Shown one piece after another: positions 1 to 9,646 of a stretch of DNA of 64,000 bases; position 1 is the first letter of the stretch, and each line of letters starts with the position of its first letter. Under the pieces are notes generated by a model. The model was not told the origin of the DNA and searched no databases. It saw only the letters and a list, made by a program, of their open reading frames with translations. The translations under genes and the position numbers were made by a program. This DNA comes from Candidatus Eremiobacteria bacterium (GTDB lineage Bacteria > Vulcanimicrobiota > Vulcanimicrobiia > Vulcanimicrobiales > Vulcanimicrobiaceae), in NCBI GenBank assembly GCA_963737065.1, contig CAVTRC010000001.1:1440001-1504000 (forward strand). Direction: 5' to 3'.

Positions 1-813
1 CATCGTTCCGATCGCACCGCCCAGCAGTAACGCGAAGAGCGCGACGGAACCGAAGATCGCGTGCACGCCGCTCACGCGCATGATAAAGACCGGCGTAAAC
101 GTGACGGCCGCGAGAAACGTCGTCGAACGCAATGCGACGACGACCGCCATCAGCGAGAACCCACGCCAATCGTCATTGCCGGCGCGCGCGCGATGGGCGC
201 GATGCGCCGTCTTGCGAACTTCGTTAAAGCGCGGCAACGCGCGGACGAGGAGCGCGGCTACGGCGACCGCTGGAATGAGAAGAAACGCAACGCCGGGTAA
301 CCCGAATGCAAGGATCAGCGGAGCGGCTAAAACCGGTCCAACGGCGAAACCCAAGTAGCCGCCGACGGTGAAGGTGCTCATGCCCGACGCGCGTTTTCGC
401 CCGGCGAAGTAATTCGAGAACCGAGAGCTTTCCGGATGGAATGCCGCCACGCCGATGCCGGAAATCACTGCACCGGCGAGCATCACGGGCAGCGTCGGCG
501 CGATCCCGATCAATGCCGTGCCGCTCGTCGCGAAAAGAACCGCGACCGGGATGACCCACGCGCTGGACCGCTTGTCGGAGAGATAGCCGAAGAGCGGCTG
601 AACGACCGAGCCAAAGAGGTTCGCCGCGAGCGTCAGCGTCGCCGCAAGCGTAAGGCTCAGACCGCGATGCGCGACGAGCCACGGAATCATCGCCGGAAGG
701 ACGCCCTGATTGATGTCGTTCATCAGGTGCGCAGCGGTCAGTAACAGGAGGCCAGAGCGATCGGCTTTGCCCGCGGCGGCGGTGGCTGAGGCAGGGGCGG
801 TCGCGAGCGCCAT
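1..813 (-). CDS. MFS transporter, Fsr (fosmidomycin resistance)-like; 3' end runs off window
   Basis: Not in the ORF track; read manually from ATG at 813: MALATAPAS...AAHLMNDINQGVLPAMIP...VVQPLFGYLSDK...GIGVAAFHPES...GMSTFTVGGYLGFAVGP. These are Fsr-subfamily MFS motifs with many hydrophobic helices. Confidence 0.85.
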   Translation of the reverse strand, partial: MALATAPASATAAAGKADRSGLLLLTAAHLMNDINQGVLPAMIPWLVAHRGLSLTLAATLTLAANLFGSVVQPLFGYLSDKRSSAWVIPVAVLFATSGTALIGIAPTLPVMLAGAVISGIGVAAFHPESSRFSNYFAGRKRASGMSTFTVGGYLGFAVGPVLAAPLILAFGLPGVAFLLIPAVAVAALLVRALPRFNEVRKTAHRAHRARAGNDDWRGFSLMAVVVALRSTTFLAAVTFTPVFIMRVSGVHAIFGSVALFALLLGGAIGTM

Positions 814-840
814 GCCTGAATCATCCCATACGCCGCGTTC

Positions 841-886
841 ATAAGTCCAATATATTATTCGACTTGGTTTGATAAGATAGCGATAT
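841..886. promoter_or_regulatory. Putative LysR-type operator sites in the divergent promoter
   Basis: AT-rich 71-bp gap between the divergent MFS and LysR genes. Two ATA-N9-TAT (T-N11-A) dyads at 841-855 and 872-886. Confidence 0.5.
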
Positions 887-1778
887 GGAGCTCCGGCAAC
901 TCCGCTACACTGTGGCCGTCGCGCAGCGGCTGAGTTTCACGCAGGCGGCCGTGGCGCTGTCGGTCGCGCAGCCGGCGCTCTCGCAGCAGATTGCCGGGCT
1001 CGAACGCGAACTGGGGGTGCGTCTCTTCGACCGAACGAACCGGCGCGTGAGCCTCACCGACGCGGGACGCGCATTCGTGCGCCGCGCGGAACGCATCCTG
1101 GCCGATATCGATGGGACCGCCGAAGAGATGACCGCGTACGCCGGCGGGTTGCGCGGCCGCGTCGTGGTCGGAACGTATCAGTCGTTCGCCGAGTATACGC
1201 TGCCGAAGCTGCTCGGACGCTTCCATGCGCGGTATCCCGGCATCGAGATCGCGCTTCGTGAAGGCATGGCGGACGATCTCCTTGCGGCCCTGGAAACGAA
1301 CGCCGTCGACGTCTTCATCGGCCACATCGCGGAGACTCGCTACGCGGGCGATCCGCAGCTTCGCTCGGAACCGCTTTATGATGACGAACTCGTTATTGCG
1401 GTCGGCGGATCGCACCGGCTCGCGTCGCGCAGCACCGTGCGGATGGACGAGCTGCGCGACGAACCATTCATCATTTTCCGCCGCGGCTCTTCGGTGACGG
1501 CGCGCCTGCTGCTCGAAGCGCGCAAGGCGCAATTCGAGCCGCGCGTCGTGTTCGAAAGCGTCGATTCGTTGACGATTCGCTCGCTCGTCGCCGAAGGGCT
1601 CGGCGTCGCGCTATATCCGCGCATGCTCGGCAATATGCCGGGGCCGAATGTGTCGTTGCTCTCGCTCACGCCCGAACGTCTCATCCGAAGCGTCGCACTC
1701 GTCCGGCGCGCCGCGCCGTATGCCCGCTCCGCTGAAACGTTCATCGATTTCATTCGCGACGCGATGGAGTATGCATGA
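885..1778 (+). CDS. LysR-family transcriptional regulator (CynR/GltC-like)
   Basis: N-terminal HTH MELRQLRY...SFTQAAVALSVAQPALSQQIAGLERELGVRLFDRT; 297 aa; C-terminal LVAEGLGVALYP. Confidence 0.95.
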   Translation: MELRQLRYTVAVAQRLSFTQAAVALSVAQPALSQQIAGLERELGVRLFDRTNRRVSLTDAGRAFVRRAERILADIDGTAEEMTAYAGGLRGRVVVGTYQSFAEYTLPKLLGRFHARYPGIEIALREGMADDLLAALETNAVDVFIGHIAETRYAGDPQLRSEPLYDDELVIAVGGSHRLASRSTVRMDELRDEPFIIFRRGSSVTARLLLEARKAQFEPRVVFESVDSLTIRSLVAEGLGVALYPRMLGNMPGPNVSLLSLTPERLIRSVALVRRAAPYARSAETFIDFIRDAMEYA

Positions 1779-2479
1779 GTCGTACGCGAACGCTCGAGCA
1801 AATCAATCGAAGCATCGTTGGATGCACGCGCTGCCCGCAGTTGCGCGCGTACTGCGCCGACGTGGCGCGCACGAAAAAGCGCGCGCACGCCGACGACGAG
1901 TACTGGGGCAAACCGGTGCCCGCATTCGGAAACGATAGCGCGCGCGTGATGATCGTCGGGCTTGCGCCCGGTGCACACGGCAGCAATCGTACGGGGCGTC
2001 CGTTCACGGGCGACGCGTCGGGCGATTTTCTGTACCCGGCGCTGCACCGTGCCGGTTTTGCATCGCACTCGCACGCTCGGCATCGCGATGATGGGCTCGT
2101 GCTGCACGACTGCATGATTACTGCGGCCGGACGTTGCGCACCGCCGAAGAACAAGCCGACGCCGGAAGAACTGCGCAACTGTTTTCCATATTTGCTCGAA
2201 GAGTTCGACGCGTTGACGGATCTGCGCGTGATGATCGGTCTGGGCTCGATCGGCTTCGATGCGATCCTCAAAGTGCTGCGCGAACGAAGGTTCGTGCTCG
2301 ACCCCGAGCGCCCGAGGTTCGCGCACGGCGCTGAAGTACGGGCGGAAAACGGAACCCGCCGCATCGTCGCGTTAGCGTCATATCACCCGAGTCGCCAAAA
2401 CACGAACACCGGCGTGCTCACCGCGCCGATGTTCGATGCGGTTTTCGCTAGGGCGAGGGAGATGCTGACGACGGCGTGA
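1775..2479 (+). CDS. Uracil-DNA glycosylase, family 5 (UdgB-like, 4Fe-4S)
   Basis: CxxC (CTRCP), family-5 motif GLAPGAHGSNRTGRPFTGD, RCAPPKNKP and YHPSRQNTNTG. Confidence 0.9.
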   Translation: MSRTRTLEQINRSIVGCTRCPQLRAYCADVARTKKRAHADDEYWGKPVPAFGNDSARVMIVGLAPGAHGSNRTGRPFTGDASGDFLYPALHRAGFASHSHARHRDDGLVLHDCMITAAGRCAPPKNKPTPEELRNCFPYLLEEFDALTDLRVMIGLGSIGFDAILKVLRERRFVLDPERPRFAHGAEVRAENGTRRIVALASYHPSRQNTNTGVLTAPMFDAVFARAREMLTTA

Positions 2480-2825
2480 CGGGCCGGCCGCACATGTCCG
2501 TTACTTGCGTGAGCCCTAACTTATATTGACGCGTTTGCGTGCGCGGATCCGGACGCGGATCACCGAACATCGAACGTGCCGCTTGATACGCTTTCGCGCG
2601 CGACTCGTCATCCGGCCCGCTCAGAATGAGTATCTGGGCAGGCGTTGCGTCGGCGTTTGCTTGGACGAAGACGTCTGCGCCGTCAATGCTCAAGCGCCGC
2701 TCCTCGCAGGAACGCAACGGAAGCGGTGTGCCGCTCGGTGACGGAGACGACGATTGCGCCGACGTCGAGTGTCCGCATGCGCACAGCGCGAGCAGCGCTA
2801 CTGAAACGAGAGCGTTCGTCCGCAC
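2448..2825 (-). CDS. Hypothetical lipoprotein, TonB-C-like fold possible
   Basis: Lipobox-like ALCAC after a hydrophobic N-terminus; SC...DMCGR Cys pair shared with the neighbouring ORF. Confidence 0.6.
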   Translation of the reverse strand: MRTNALVSVALLALCACGHSTSAQSSSPSPSGTPLPLRSCEERRLSIDGADVFVQANADATPAQILILSGPDDESRAKAYQAARSMFGDPRPDPRTQTRQYKLGLTQVTDMCGRPVTPSSASPSP

Positions 2826-3169
2826 GAGTCGACTGCCTTATCGGGAATCATCATCCCGCTCGAACCCGGTTTGAACGAAACGATATGCATCGGCGGCGCG
2901 TTGACCCCGGCGGGTCCGTAGCGCTGCTCCAAGCTGGTGCGCAGATCGTTAGCCTCTTCGATGTTCTCTTGCGAATCGACGGTCAAATACCGCTGAACGG
3001 TGCCGTTCTTCGCGAAGAGAATCTTGATGGCAATGCCTTTGTCGTTCCTGACCAGCTGCTGTCCGCACGATGGTCCCGGCGTGACCGCGAGCGACGGACG
3101 CACACATGCGAATGTCCCCGCCAGTGCCAAGGACACGACAAAGAAACCGGTGACGAGTCGAACTCTCAC
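2798..3169 (-). CDS. Hypothetical secreted protein, TonB-C-like fold possible
   Basis: Signal-peptide-like N-terminus; IKILFAKNGTVQRYLTVDS segment; SC...DSCGR Cys pair. Confidence 0.6.
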   Translation of the reverse strand: MRVRLVTGFFVVSLALAGTFACVRPSLAVTPGPSCGQQLVRNDKGIAIKILFAKNGTVQRYLTVDSQENIEEANDLRTSLEQRYGPAGVNAPPMHIVSFKPGSSGMMIPDKAVDSCGRTLSFQ

Positions 3170-3176
3170 GCTCGTA

Positions 3177-4955
3177 TTATCGGCCGGTCGCCTGCTGCTG
3201 GTCTGCCGGAGGCGTGCTCTTCAGGTAAAGATCTCGCAAGAGCGCTTCGGGCACGTCTGAAGGCGCGTCCATCATGACGTCGCGCGCGGACTGGTTCTTC
3301 GGAAACGCGATGACGTCGCGCAGATGGTTCTCGCCCGCAGCGAGCATCACGATACGGTCGATGCCGAGCGCCATGCCGCCGTGCGGCGGCGCGCCGTACT
3401 CGAGTGCTTTGACGAAGAAGCCGAACTGATCCTCGATCTGCTGCGCAGTCATGCCGAGCATCTCGAAAATCGCTCGCTGCTCCTCCGGCTTGTGAATGCG
3501 GATGGATCCCGAACCAAGCTCGTAGCCGTTGAGGACCATGTCGTAGTGCTGCGCCCGCATCTTGAGCGGATCGGTGCGCAGATACTGCCACTGTCCCTCG
3601 CCGGGTGAGGTGAACGGGTGGTGCGCCGGATACGGTTTGCCCGTCTCGTCGTCCACTTCCAAGTACGGAAAATCCAGCACCCAACAGAACGCGAACTGCT
3701 TCGGATCGCGCAAACCGCAACGGTCTCCAACGACGTTGCGCATCCTCCCCGCAACGGAGAGCGCAAGTGCTCGCGCGTCGGCAAAAAGCAGAATCGCATC
3801 GCCGGTTTCACTTTGCGTTGCAGCGCGAAGCTTCGCAAGGTGTTCATCGGTGAGAAACTTCTGCGCGGGCGATTTGACACCGTCGCTGCCGAGTGCAATC
3901 CATACCATACCCTTTGCACCGGCGGTTTTCGCCTCTTCCGTGAGCGCATCGAAATCGCGCCGTGAAAGCACCGCCCCGCCGGGATAACGCAACGCAACGA
4001 TCGCACCGTCCGCGTCGATGACCGACTTAAAGACGCCGAAATCGGTTGCCGCAAAGATGTCGTTGACGTGCGCCAGTTCGAGACCGAACCGTAAATCCGG
4101 CTTGTCGACGCCGTAGCAGTTCATCGCTTCGTCATAGGTCAAGCGTGGAAACGGCGCAAGGTCGACGTCCAGCACATCGCTCCAAACTCGACGCATGCAG
4201 GACTCCATCGTCTCGATCACTTCTTCTTGCGTGATGAACGACATCTCCACGTCGAGCTGCGTAAACTCTGGTTGGCGGTCCGCGCGCTGATCTTCGTCTC
4301 GCATGCAGCGCGCGATCTGCATGTACTTCCCGAAACCGGCGATCATGCAAATTTGTTTTAGCAGCTGCGGTGATTGCGGAAGCGCGTAGAAGTCGCCGGG
4401 ATAGAGCCGAGACGGCACGAGATAATCGCGCGCGCCTTCCGGCGTACTCTTGATCAGCATGGGCGTTTCGATTTCGACAAAGCCGCGCTCGTCGAAAAAA
4501 TCGCGCATCGTCTTTACGATCCGGTGGCGCAATACGATGTTATTCTGCATCCGCGGACGGCGCAGATCGAGATACCGGTACTCTAGACGCAAGTCGACGT
4601 CGACGTCGCCATCGACGTTCACTTGGAACGGCGGGACTTGCGAGCGATTGAGAACGTCCAGCGAGTCGACACCCACTTCAACATCGCCGGTCGCAAGCGC
4701 CGCGTTTTCGGTTCCCGCGGGACGCTTGCGGACGGTTCCTATGACGCGAAGCACGTCTTCACTGCGCAAGTGTTCGGCCTCTTTGAAACTCGGATGCTGC
4801 GGATCGAAGACGACTTGGGTGAGTCCCTCGCGATCGCGTAGATCGACGAAAATCAAGCCGCCGTGGTCGCGGCGCCGATTGACCCAACCGTTCAGCTCAA
4901 CGGTTGCGCCCGCATCGCTCGCGCGCAGGGCGCCACATGAAAATCGGGTACTCAC
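3177..4955 (-). CDS. aspS: Aspartate--tRNA ligase
   Basis: GWVNRRRDHGGLIFVDLRD, STPEGARDYLVPSR, YALPQSPQ, RADRQPEFTQLD, GAPPHGGMALGIDR. The GAPPHG His and RRRDHG fit the non-discriminating Asp/Asn type. Confidence 0.97.
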   Translation of the reverse strand: MSTRFSCGALRASDAGATVELNGWVNRRRDHGGLIFVDLRDREGLTQVVFDPQHPSFKEAEHLRSEDVLRVIGTVRKRPAGTENAALATGDVEVGVDSLDVLNRSQVPPFQVNVDGDVDVDLRLEYRYLDLRRPRMQNNIVLRHRIVKTMRDFFDERGFVEIETPMLIKSTPEGARDYLVPSRLYPGDFYALPQSPQLLKQICMIAGFGKYMQIARCMRDEDQRADRQPEFTQLDVEMSFITQEEVIETMESCMRRVWSDVLDVDLAPFPRLTYDEAMNCYGVDKPDLRFGLELAHVNDIFAATDFGVFKSVIDADGAIVALRYPGGAVLSRRDFDALTEEAKTAGAKGMVWIALGSDGVKSPAQKFLTDEHLAKLRAATQSETGDAILLFADARALALSVAGRMRNVVGDRCGLRDPKQFAFCWVLDFPYLEVDDETGKPYPAHHPFTSPGEGQWQYLRTDPLKMRAQHYDMVLNGYELGSGSIRIHKPEEQRAIFEMLGMTAQQIEDQFGFFVKALEYGAPPHGGMALGIDRIVMLAAGENHLRDVIAFPKNQSARDVMMDAPSDVPEALLRDLYLKSTPPADQQQATGR

Positions 4956-5866
4956 GTCGGCTCCTTCAGGGCAGCTTTGATTCCGGAAACGTAATAGTAT
5001 TGTTGCACGAGGTCGCGGGCAAACTTCGACTTCTCCGCGTGCGCGTCAAAAAATCCGAGCACGACCGGCATGTTTGTAAGCATCGCATGCAATCCGAGCG
5101 AGACCGGCGTCATGCCGAGATTCAACCGCACGCCAAAATCAGGATGCTTGCGATAAAACCGCACGGTCGAGCGTCCCGCGAGTTTCATTTTCTCTTTTTG
5201 ATCGTCGTGCGGGACGTCCTGGCAGTGATAGTTAACCGCATCCGGTTCGTAGCGAATCGTGATTCCCGCGCGTTGCAACCGATAGCCGAGTTCCAAGTCT
5301 TCATGACCGTACCCGGTGAAGTCTTCATCGAACTTTCCGACGCGCAGCAGATCATCGCGCCGCGCCGATGCGTTGCCCGTGAGGAAATACAGCCAGGGCA
5401 GCGTTTTTCGCGTTGGCTTATGCAAAGAACCACGCGCTTGCGGATGGTCGCGTTTGTACGCGTAGTCGTCGAGATCTTTCACTTGAACTTCCAGTCCGAC
5501 GACCGCAATGCCGGTTCGCTCGCGATGGTGGCGCAAATGTTGCGAAAGCAGATCGGGCGATGCGAGAATATCGGAATCGTTGAAAAGTACGACGTCGCCC
5601 TGTGCCGCATCGATTCCGGCGTTGCGCGCCATTGCGCGACCGGTATACGGGCCCGGCAAATGCCGGATATTGCGATGCTCGGCATGCACGCCGGCGAGAT
5701 ATTCCGCCGTCCCGTCCGTCGAATTGGAATCGCACACGAGCACTTCGAACGCACTCGCCGGCAAATTTTGCGCGAGCAGCGTCGGAATCACGTGAGCGAG
5801 CGTGTCCAACCGGTTATAGGTCGGAACGACGACGGAAATGTTAGGAGCCTGGCGGAGCATGGTCAT
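4952..5866 (-). CDS. Glycosyltransferase family 2
   Basis: SVVVPTYNR, DSNSTDGT, ARNAG, FNDSD, GYGHEDLELGYRL. Start trimmed to the ATG at 5866 (5860 also possible). Confidence 0.9.
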   Translation of the reverse strand: MTMLRQAPNISVVVPTYNRLDTLAHVIPTLLAQNLPASAFEVLVCDSNSTDGTAEYLAGVHAEHRNIRHLPGPYTGRAMARNAGIDAAQGDVVLFNDSDILASPDLLSQHLRHHRERTGIAVVGLEVQVKDLDDYAYKRDHPQARGSLHKPTRKTLPWLYFLTGNASARRDDLLRVGKFDEDFTGYGHEDLELGYRLQRAGITIRYEPDAVNYHCQDVPHDDQKEKMKLAGRSTVRFYRKHPDFGVRLNLGMTPVSLGLHAMLTNMPVVLGFFDAHAEKSKFARDLVQQYYYVSGIKAALKEPT

Positions 5867-6836
5867 TGAGCAATCGTTCGACGCCGTGGACGATTCGTGC
5901 GCGGAAGTGCGCAAGAGATGCCTCGTCGGCGAATTCCGGTTTGCGAACCAGCACGCTGGGCACACGGTACGGCGCCCACTCTTGCGAATTCAATCGGAAG
6001 AAGCGATGTTCGAAAGCGACTAACGTGGGCCTGCGCATGGCACTTGCGACATGAGTCGCACCGGTGTCGACGGTAACGATGCAACGGGCGCGTTCGAAAA
6101 GCGCCGCCCAGGTGTAGAACGGAAGGCTGTGCGCGACCGTAAACCCGCGCGTCTCGAACATTCGTGCGTACGGCTCCGATTCTTCGGGGCACGAAACGAC
6201 GAGCGCGTGATACCGCTCGCGCAGTTCTTCCGCAAGCGCTAGCGTGCTGGCTGCCGTGCTCCCGCTTACGAACCAGCGCATACCGAGGTGCAAGACGATC
6301 GGGCTTTCCGGAAGATGCGCGAGCGCCGCGCGGTCGCTCTCGTGCACATCCAACCGTAAGCGTTCGCGACGATCGTTCGCGCCCGCAAGGGAGACCAGCT
6401 TCAAGAGCTGATCGACTTCGTGCGGGACGACAAGCGACGGTTGCCGCTCGCACAGCTCCGGATCCGCAACGCTGATCATCACGCGGTTGAGATACAACGG
6501 CGCGGTGAGGCGCGCGAACCAACGACGCTGATACGTGTACCCCGCCCGGATTGCGGCGCGCGTCGCTCCGACGAGCTGCAAATCGATGCTGCGCGGCGCA
6601 AGCGCAATTGCAACGTCGAAACCATGAAACGACGCACCGAAGACGCTCGATTTTACTTCCCGAGGCAAATCAACCAGCTCGTCGATATCGCTGTTCCGTT
6701 CCATGACCACGCGGTTGTATGGACTGGTCACCATCGTGATACGCGCGTCGGGAAACGATGCTCGCACGGTGGCGATCGCGGGCGTCGAGAGAATGAGGTC
6801 GCCGATGCGATCGGTTCTCGAAAGGAGAATGTTCAA
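5841..6836 (-). CDS. Glycosyltransferase family 9 (heptosyltransferase-like)
   Basis: ILLSRTDRIGDLILSTP and VTVDTGATHVASA are GT9 signatures. Confidence 0.9.
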   Translation of the reverse strand: MNILLSRTDRIGDLILSTPAIATVRASFPDARITMVTSPYNRVVMERNSDIDELVDLPREVKSSVFGASFHGFDVAIALAPRSIDLQLVGATRAAIRAGYTYQRRWFARLTAPLYLNRVMISVADPELCERQPSLVVPHEVDQLLKLVSLAGANDRRERLRLDVHESDRAALAHLPESPIVLHLGMRWFVSGSTAASTLALAEELRERYHALVVSCPEESEPYARMFETRGFTVAHSLPFYTWAALFERARCIVTVDTGATHVASAMRRPTLVAFEHRFFRLNSQEWAPYRVPSVLVRKPEFADEASLAHFRARIVHGVERLLNDHAPPGS

Positions 6837-7729
6837 CGGCGCAGCGCGTCTTCCAATTCTTCATAGTACGCGTTGCGTGCGAGCCGGTTTGCTGCTCGCA
6901 ATTCGCGGTTGTCCAGCGGGCGGTCGGCCGAAGAATCGCCGGCCTCAACATGAAATCCGCGCGCTTTTTCGATGCCGCGGATCCACTTGTTCACCCCGCG
7001 CTGAACGGGATTGTTGCCCGTTGCCAGATACGTCCGCCAGTGCGGGTGGAGTTTCGCAAGGTGCACGGCCGTACGCGCTTGCGCGCGCGCCTGGCGCACC
7101 ATTTTTACGACGTCGCCGCTACGCCGGCGAGGTTTCCAATGATAGACGAGCGCCTTCGGATTGAACACGGCCTTTACGCCGCCAAAGCGCAGGCGCAATC
7201 CGACGTCGATGTCTTCCCAGCCGTACTCCGAAAAGGATTCATTGAATCCGCCGATCGCGCGAATCGTCACGAGCGGAACCGAAACGTTCGTCGTCCAGAA
7301 GTAGTTGCCGCTGTAGTTCCGCAGTTTCCAAACCGGCGGAGGCAGCTCGTCGAAACTCTCGACGTTGATCGCCCCGCCGCGCACGATCGCTTTCGGATGC
7401 GCGTGATGCGAGCGGAGATGTTCTTCGACGAAATTCGGTAGCGGCAAAACGTCGTCGTCGATAAAGATGATCCGCTCGCCGCTCGCGCGCGCGATTCCGG
7501 CGTTTCGGCCCTTCGCGAGCCCCGAGTTCTGCTGATTGATGACGACGAATTCGCACGATGCACGCGTTTGCGCACGCGCGATCACGTCGGCAGTGGAATC
7601 GCTCGACCCATCATTGACGAGCACTACTTCGTACGAATCTGCAGGAACGGTCTGCTCGAAACACGCGTCGAGCACGCGTTCCAACAACTGGGCTCGGTTA
7701 TACGTACAGAGCTGAATCGTCGCGCGCAT
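6833..7729 (-). CDS. Glycosyltransferase family 2
   Basis: CTYNR, VNDGSSD, GRNAG, FIDDD, YGWEDIDVGLRL. Start trimmed to MRATIQ at 7729. Confidence 0.9.
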   Translation of the reverse strand: MRATIQLCTYNRAQLLERVLDACFEQTVPADSYEVVLVNDGSSDSTADVIARAQTRASCEFVVINQQNSGLAKGRNAGIARASGERIIFIDDDVLPLPNFVEEHLRSHHAHPKAIVRGGAINVESFDELPPPVWKLRNYSGNYFWTTNVSVPLVTIRAIGGFNESFSEYGWEDIDVGLRLRFGGVKAVFNPKALVYHWKPRRRSGDVVKMVRQARAQARTAVHLAKLHPHWRTYLATGNNPVQRGVNKWIRGIEKARGFHVEAGDSSADRPLDNRELRAANRLARNAYYEELEDALRR

Positions 7730-7752
7730 GGTGGTGGCGGCTTCGACCGGCC

Positions 7753-9642
7753 TTATGCGATCAACTCCTCGACGGCGGCAGCGATGCGCGCCACATCGAG
7801 ATGCGCGATGCACGCATAGTCGCGGCAATGCTCCTTCGTATCGCCGGGATGGCAGCGAAACGTCGGACGCACCGTCGCCGTGCGCGGGCCAAGCGGCGCC
7901 CAGCGATCCGGGAAATCCGACTGAAACGGAAAGATGCCGACCGTCGGCGCACCAACGGCTGCGGCGACGTGCATCGCACCCGTCGTAATCCCGACAAACG
8001 CGCGCGCGTGCTGCGCGAGCGCCCCGAACGCACCAATCCCAAGCCGCCCTGCGATGTTTAGCAGCGATCCCTCGACGGGCGCCGCGTTCGACGCGCGGAT
8101 CGCCTCATTGATCCTCAGATCCGCGTTCGAACCGCTCAGTAAAATAGGCACGCGGAACATTCGTTGCAGCGCGCGTGAGAGCGCTGCCCAGCCTTCGGCG
8201 GGCCAGATACCGCGCTTCGTTGCAATCGCATTCGTCGGATGCAAGATGATGTACGTGTCCTTCAGCAGGGTCAGCGAGACACGGAGTTCGTCGGCGTGCG
8301 CGATATCGTTCGCCGTAGGAACGAATCGTGGCCGTATATCATCGGTGTCGCAACCGATGGCTCGCGCGTAGTCGAGGAGAATATCCGCCCATGGACTCGT
8401 AACATCGCCGCGTTCGCTTCGGACCACGACGCGTTTCGTGAAGCGGCCGGAATACAAGCGCCGCGCTTGACCCACGCGTATCGGAATCCGCGCGAGCTTC
8501 GCGACGCGCGCGGTACGCGGCGTCGCCCACGTTATGACGCACGCGTCGTATCCGCGCTCGTGCAGCAGGTGCGCGAGGGCCGTCTCATCGCCTCCCTCAT
8601 CGATAAGGACGTCGTTGACATCGGGCACACGTTCCAGCGTACTGCGATGTGCCGGCAACGTTAGGGCGTCGACGCGCGCGTAGCGTGAATGCAGTGCGCG
8701 TGCGACAACGCTTGCAACGAGCGAATCGCCGATCCCGCCACCCGCGCAGTACAGCAGCGCGCGATCGGTCACGCGTTGAGCGTCCGCGCCAACTCGCGCA
8801 TGATACATCCCGTCCAAAAACCTGGCTCGAGCAAGTGCGCGAACGACGCGAGGCGCGTTCTCGCTCGTCGCGATTCCGGCATAAATCGCAAGCAGCGGAT
8901 CGGGGAAGAGCCATCTCGCGCGAATCAGATTCATGCGGTGCGCACCGGTCGCCATGCGAACACGGCGCGACGGCTGCTTGTCGAGGAACTTGCGCGCCAT
9001 GCGCGCTTTCTCCATCGCCTTGCGCGTTTCGACTTCAAGCGTGTTTTCATCGGGCGGCTTGATGTGCCAGATGTAGGCATCCCACGCAAACTTCCAACGC
9101 ATTCCCGCTTCGCGCAGCCGGACGCCGAGTTCCGTGTCTTCCCATCCGTAGAGATGAAACGCTTCATCGAAGGCGCCGACCGCAACAAGCGAATGTTTGG
9201 GAATCGACACGTTGCACGTGCACAGAAACGCACGCGAGTAATTCGCAAACGTAGGTGCCGGGCGCTCTTCATAAGATGGCACATTGAGGATCGGTCCGTT
9301 CACTACGAAGTTGCTCGTCGTATGCGCCGCGTCATGCGCGGCAAGATAGCCCGGCGGTGCTACGACGTCATCGTCGCAAAACAGTACGAGATAGCCGCTT
9401 GCGCGTTCGATTCCGCAATTGCGCGCCTTGCCCCGATTCGGCTCGCCTTCGTAGACGTACGCGACGGGATAGACGCCGCGCGCGGCTTGCCGTTCGACGA
9501 CGCTCTTCGTTTCGTCGGTGGAACCGTTGTCGACGACGATCACTTCAAATGGCGGTGCGCCCGTCTGTTCTTCGAACGACGCGAGCGCGTGCTCGAGATA
9601 CGAGGCGCGGTCCTTCGTGGCAATGACGATGGAGATCCGCAT
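7753..9642 (-). CDS. GT2 + GT9 glycosyltransferase in a single ORF as sequenced; probably two genes (GT2 9642-8769, GT9 8772-7753) joined by a 1-nt insertion
   Basis: N-half has GT2 motifs (IATKDR, VDNGSTD, FCDDD, YGWEDTELG). C-half has GT9 motifs (GGGIGDSLVA, GITTGAMHVAAAVGAPTVGIF). See the finding on the junction. Confidence 0.85.
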   Translation of the reverse strand: MRISIVIATKDRASYLEHALASFEEQTGAPPFEVIVVDNGSTDETKSVVERQAARGVYPVAYVYEGEPNRGKARNCGIERASGYLVLFCDDDVVAPPGYLAAHDAAHTTSNFVVNGPILNVPSYEERPAPTFANYSRAFLCTCNVSIPKHSLVAVGAFDEAFHLYGWEDTELGVRLREAGMRWKFAWDAYIWHIKPPDENTLEVETRKAMEKARMARKFLDKQPSRRVRMATGAHRMNLIRARWLFPDPLLAIYAGIATSENAPRVVRALARARFLDGMYHARVGADAQRVTDRALLYCAGGGIGDSLVASVVARALHSRYARVDALTLPAHRSTLERVPDVNDVLIDEGGDETALAHLLHERGYDACVITWATPRTARVAKLARIPIRVGQARRLYSGRFTKRVVVRSERGDVTSPWADILLDYARAIGCDTDDIRPRFVPTANDIAHADELRVSLTLLKDTYIILHPTNAIATKRGIWPAEGWAALSRALQRMFRVPILLSGSNADLRINEAIRASNAAPVEGSLLNIAGRLGIGAFGALAQHARAFVGITTGAMHVAAAVGAPTVGIFPFQSDFPDRWAPLGPRTATVRPTFRCHPGDTKEHCRDYACIAHLDVARIAAAVEELIA

Positions 9643-9646
9643 ACCC

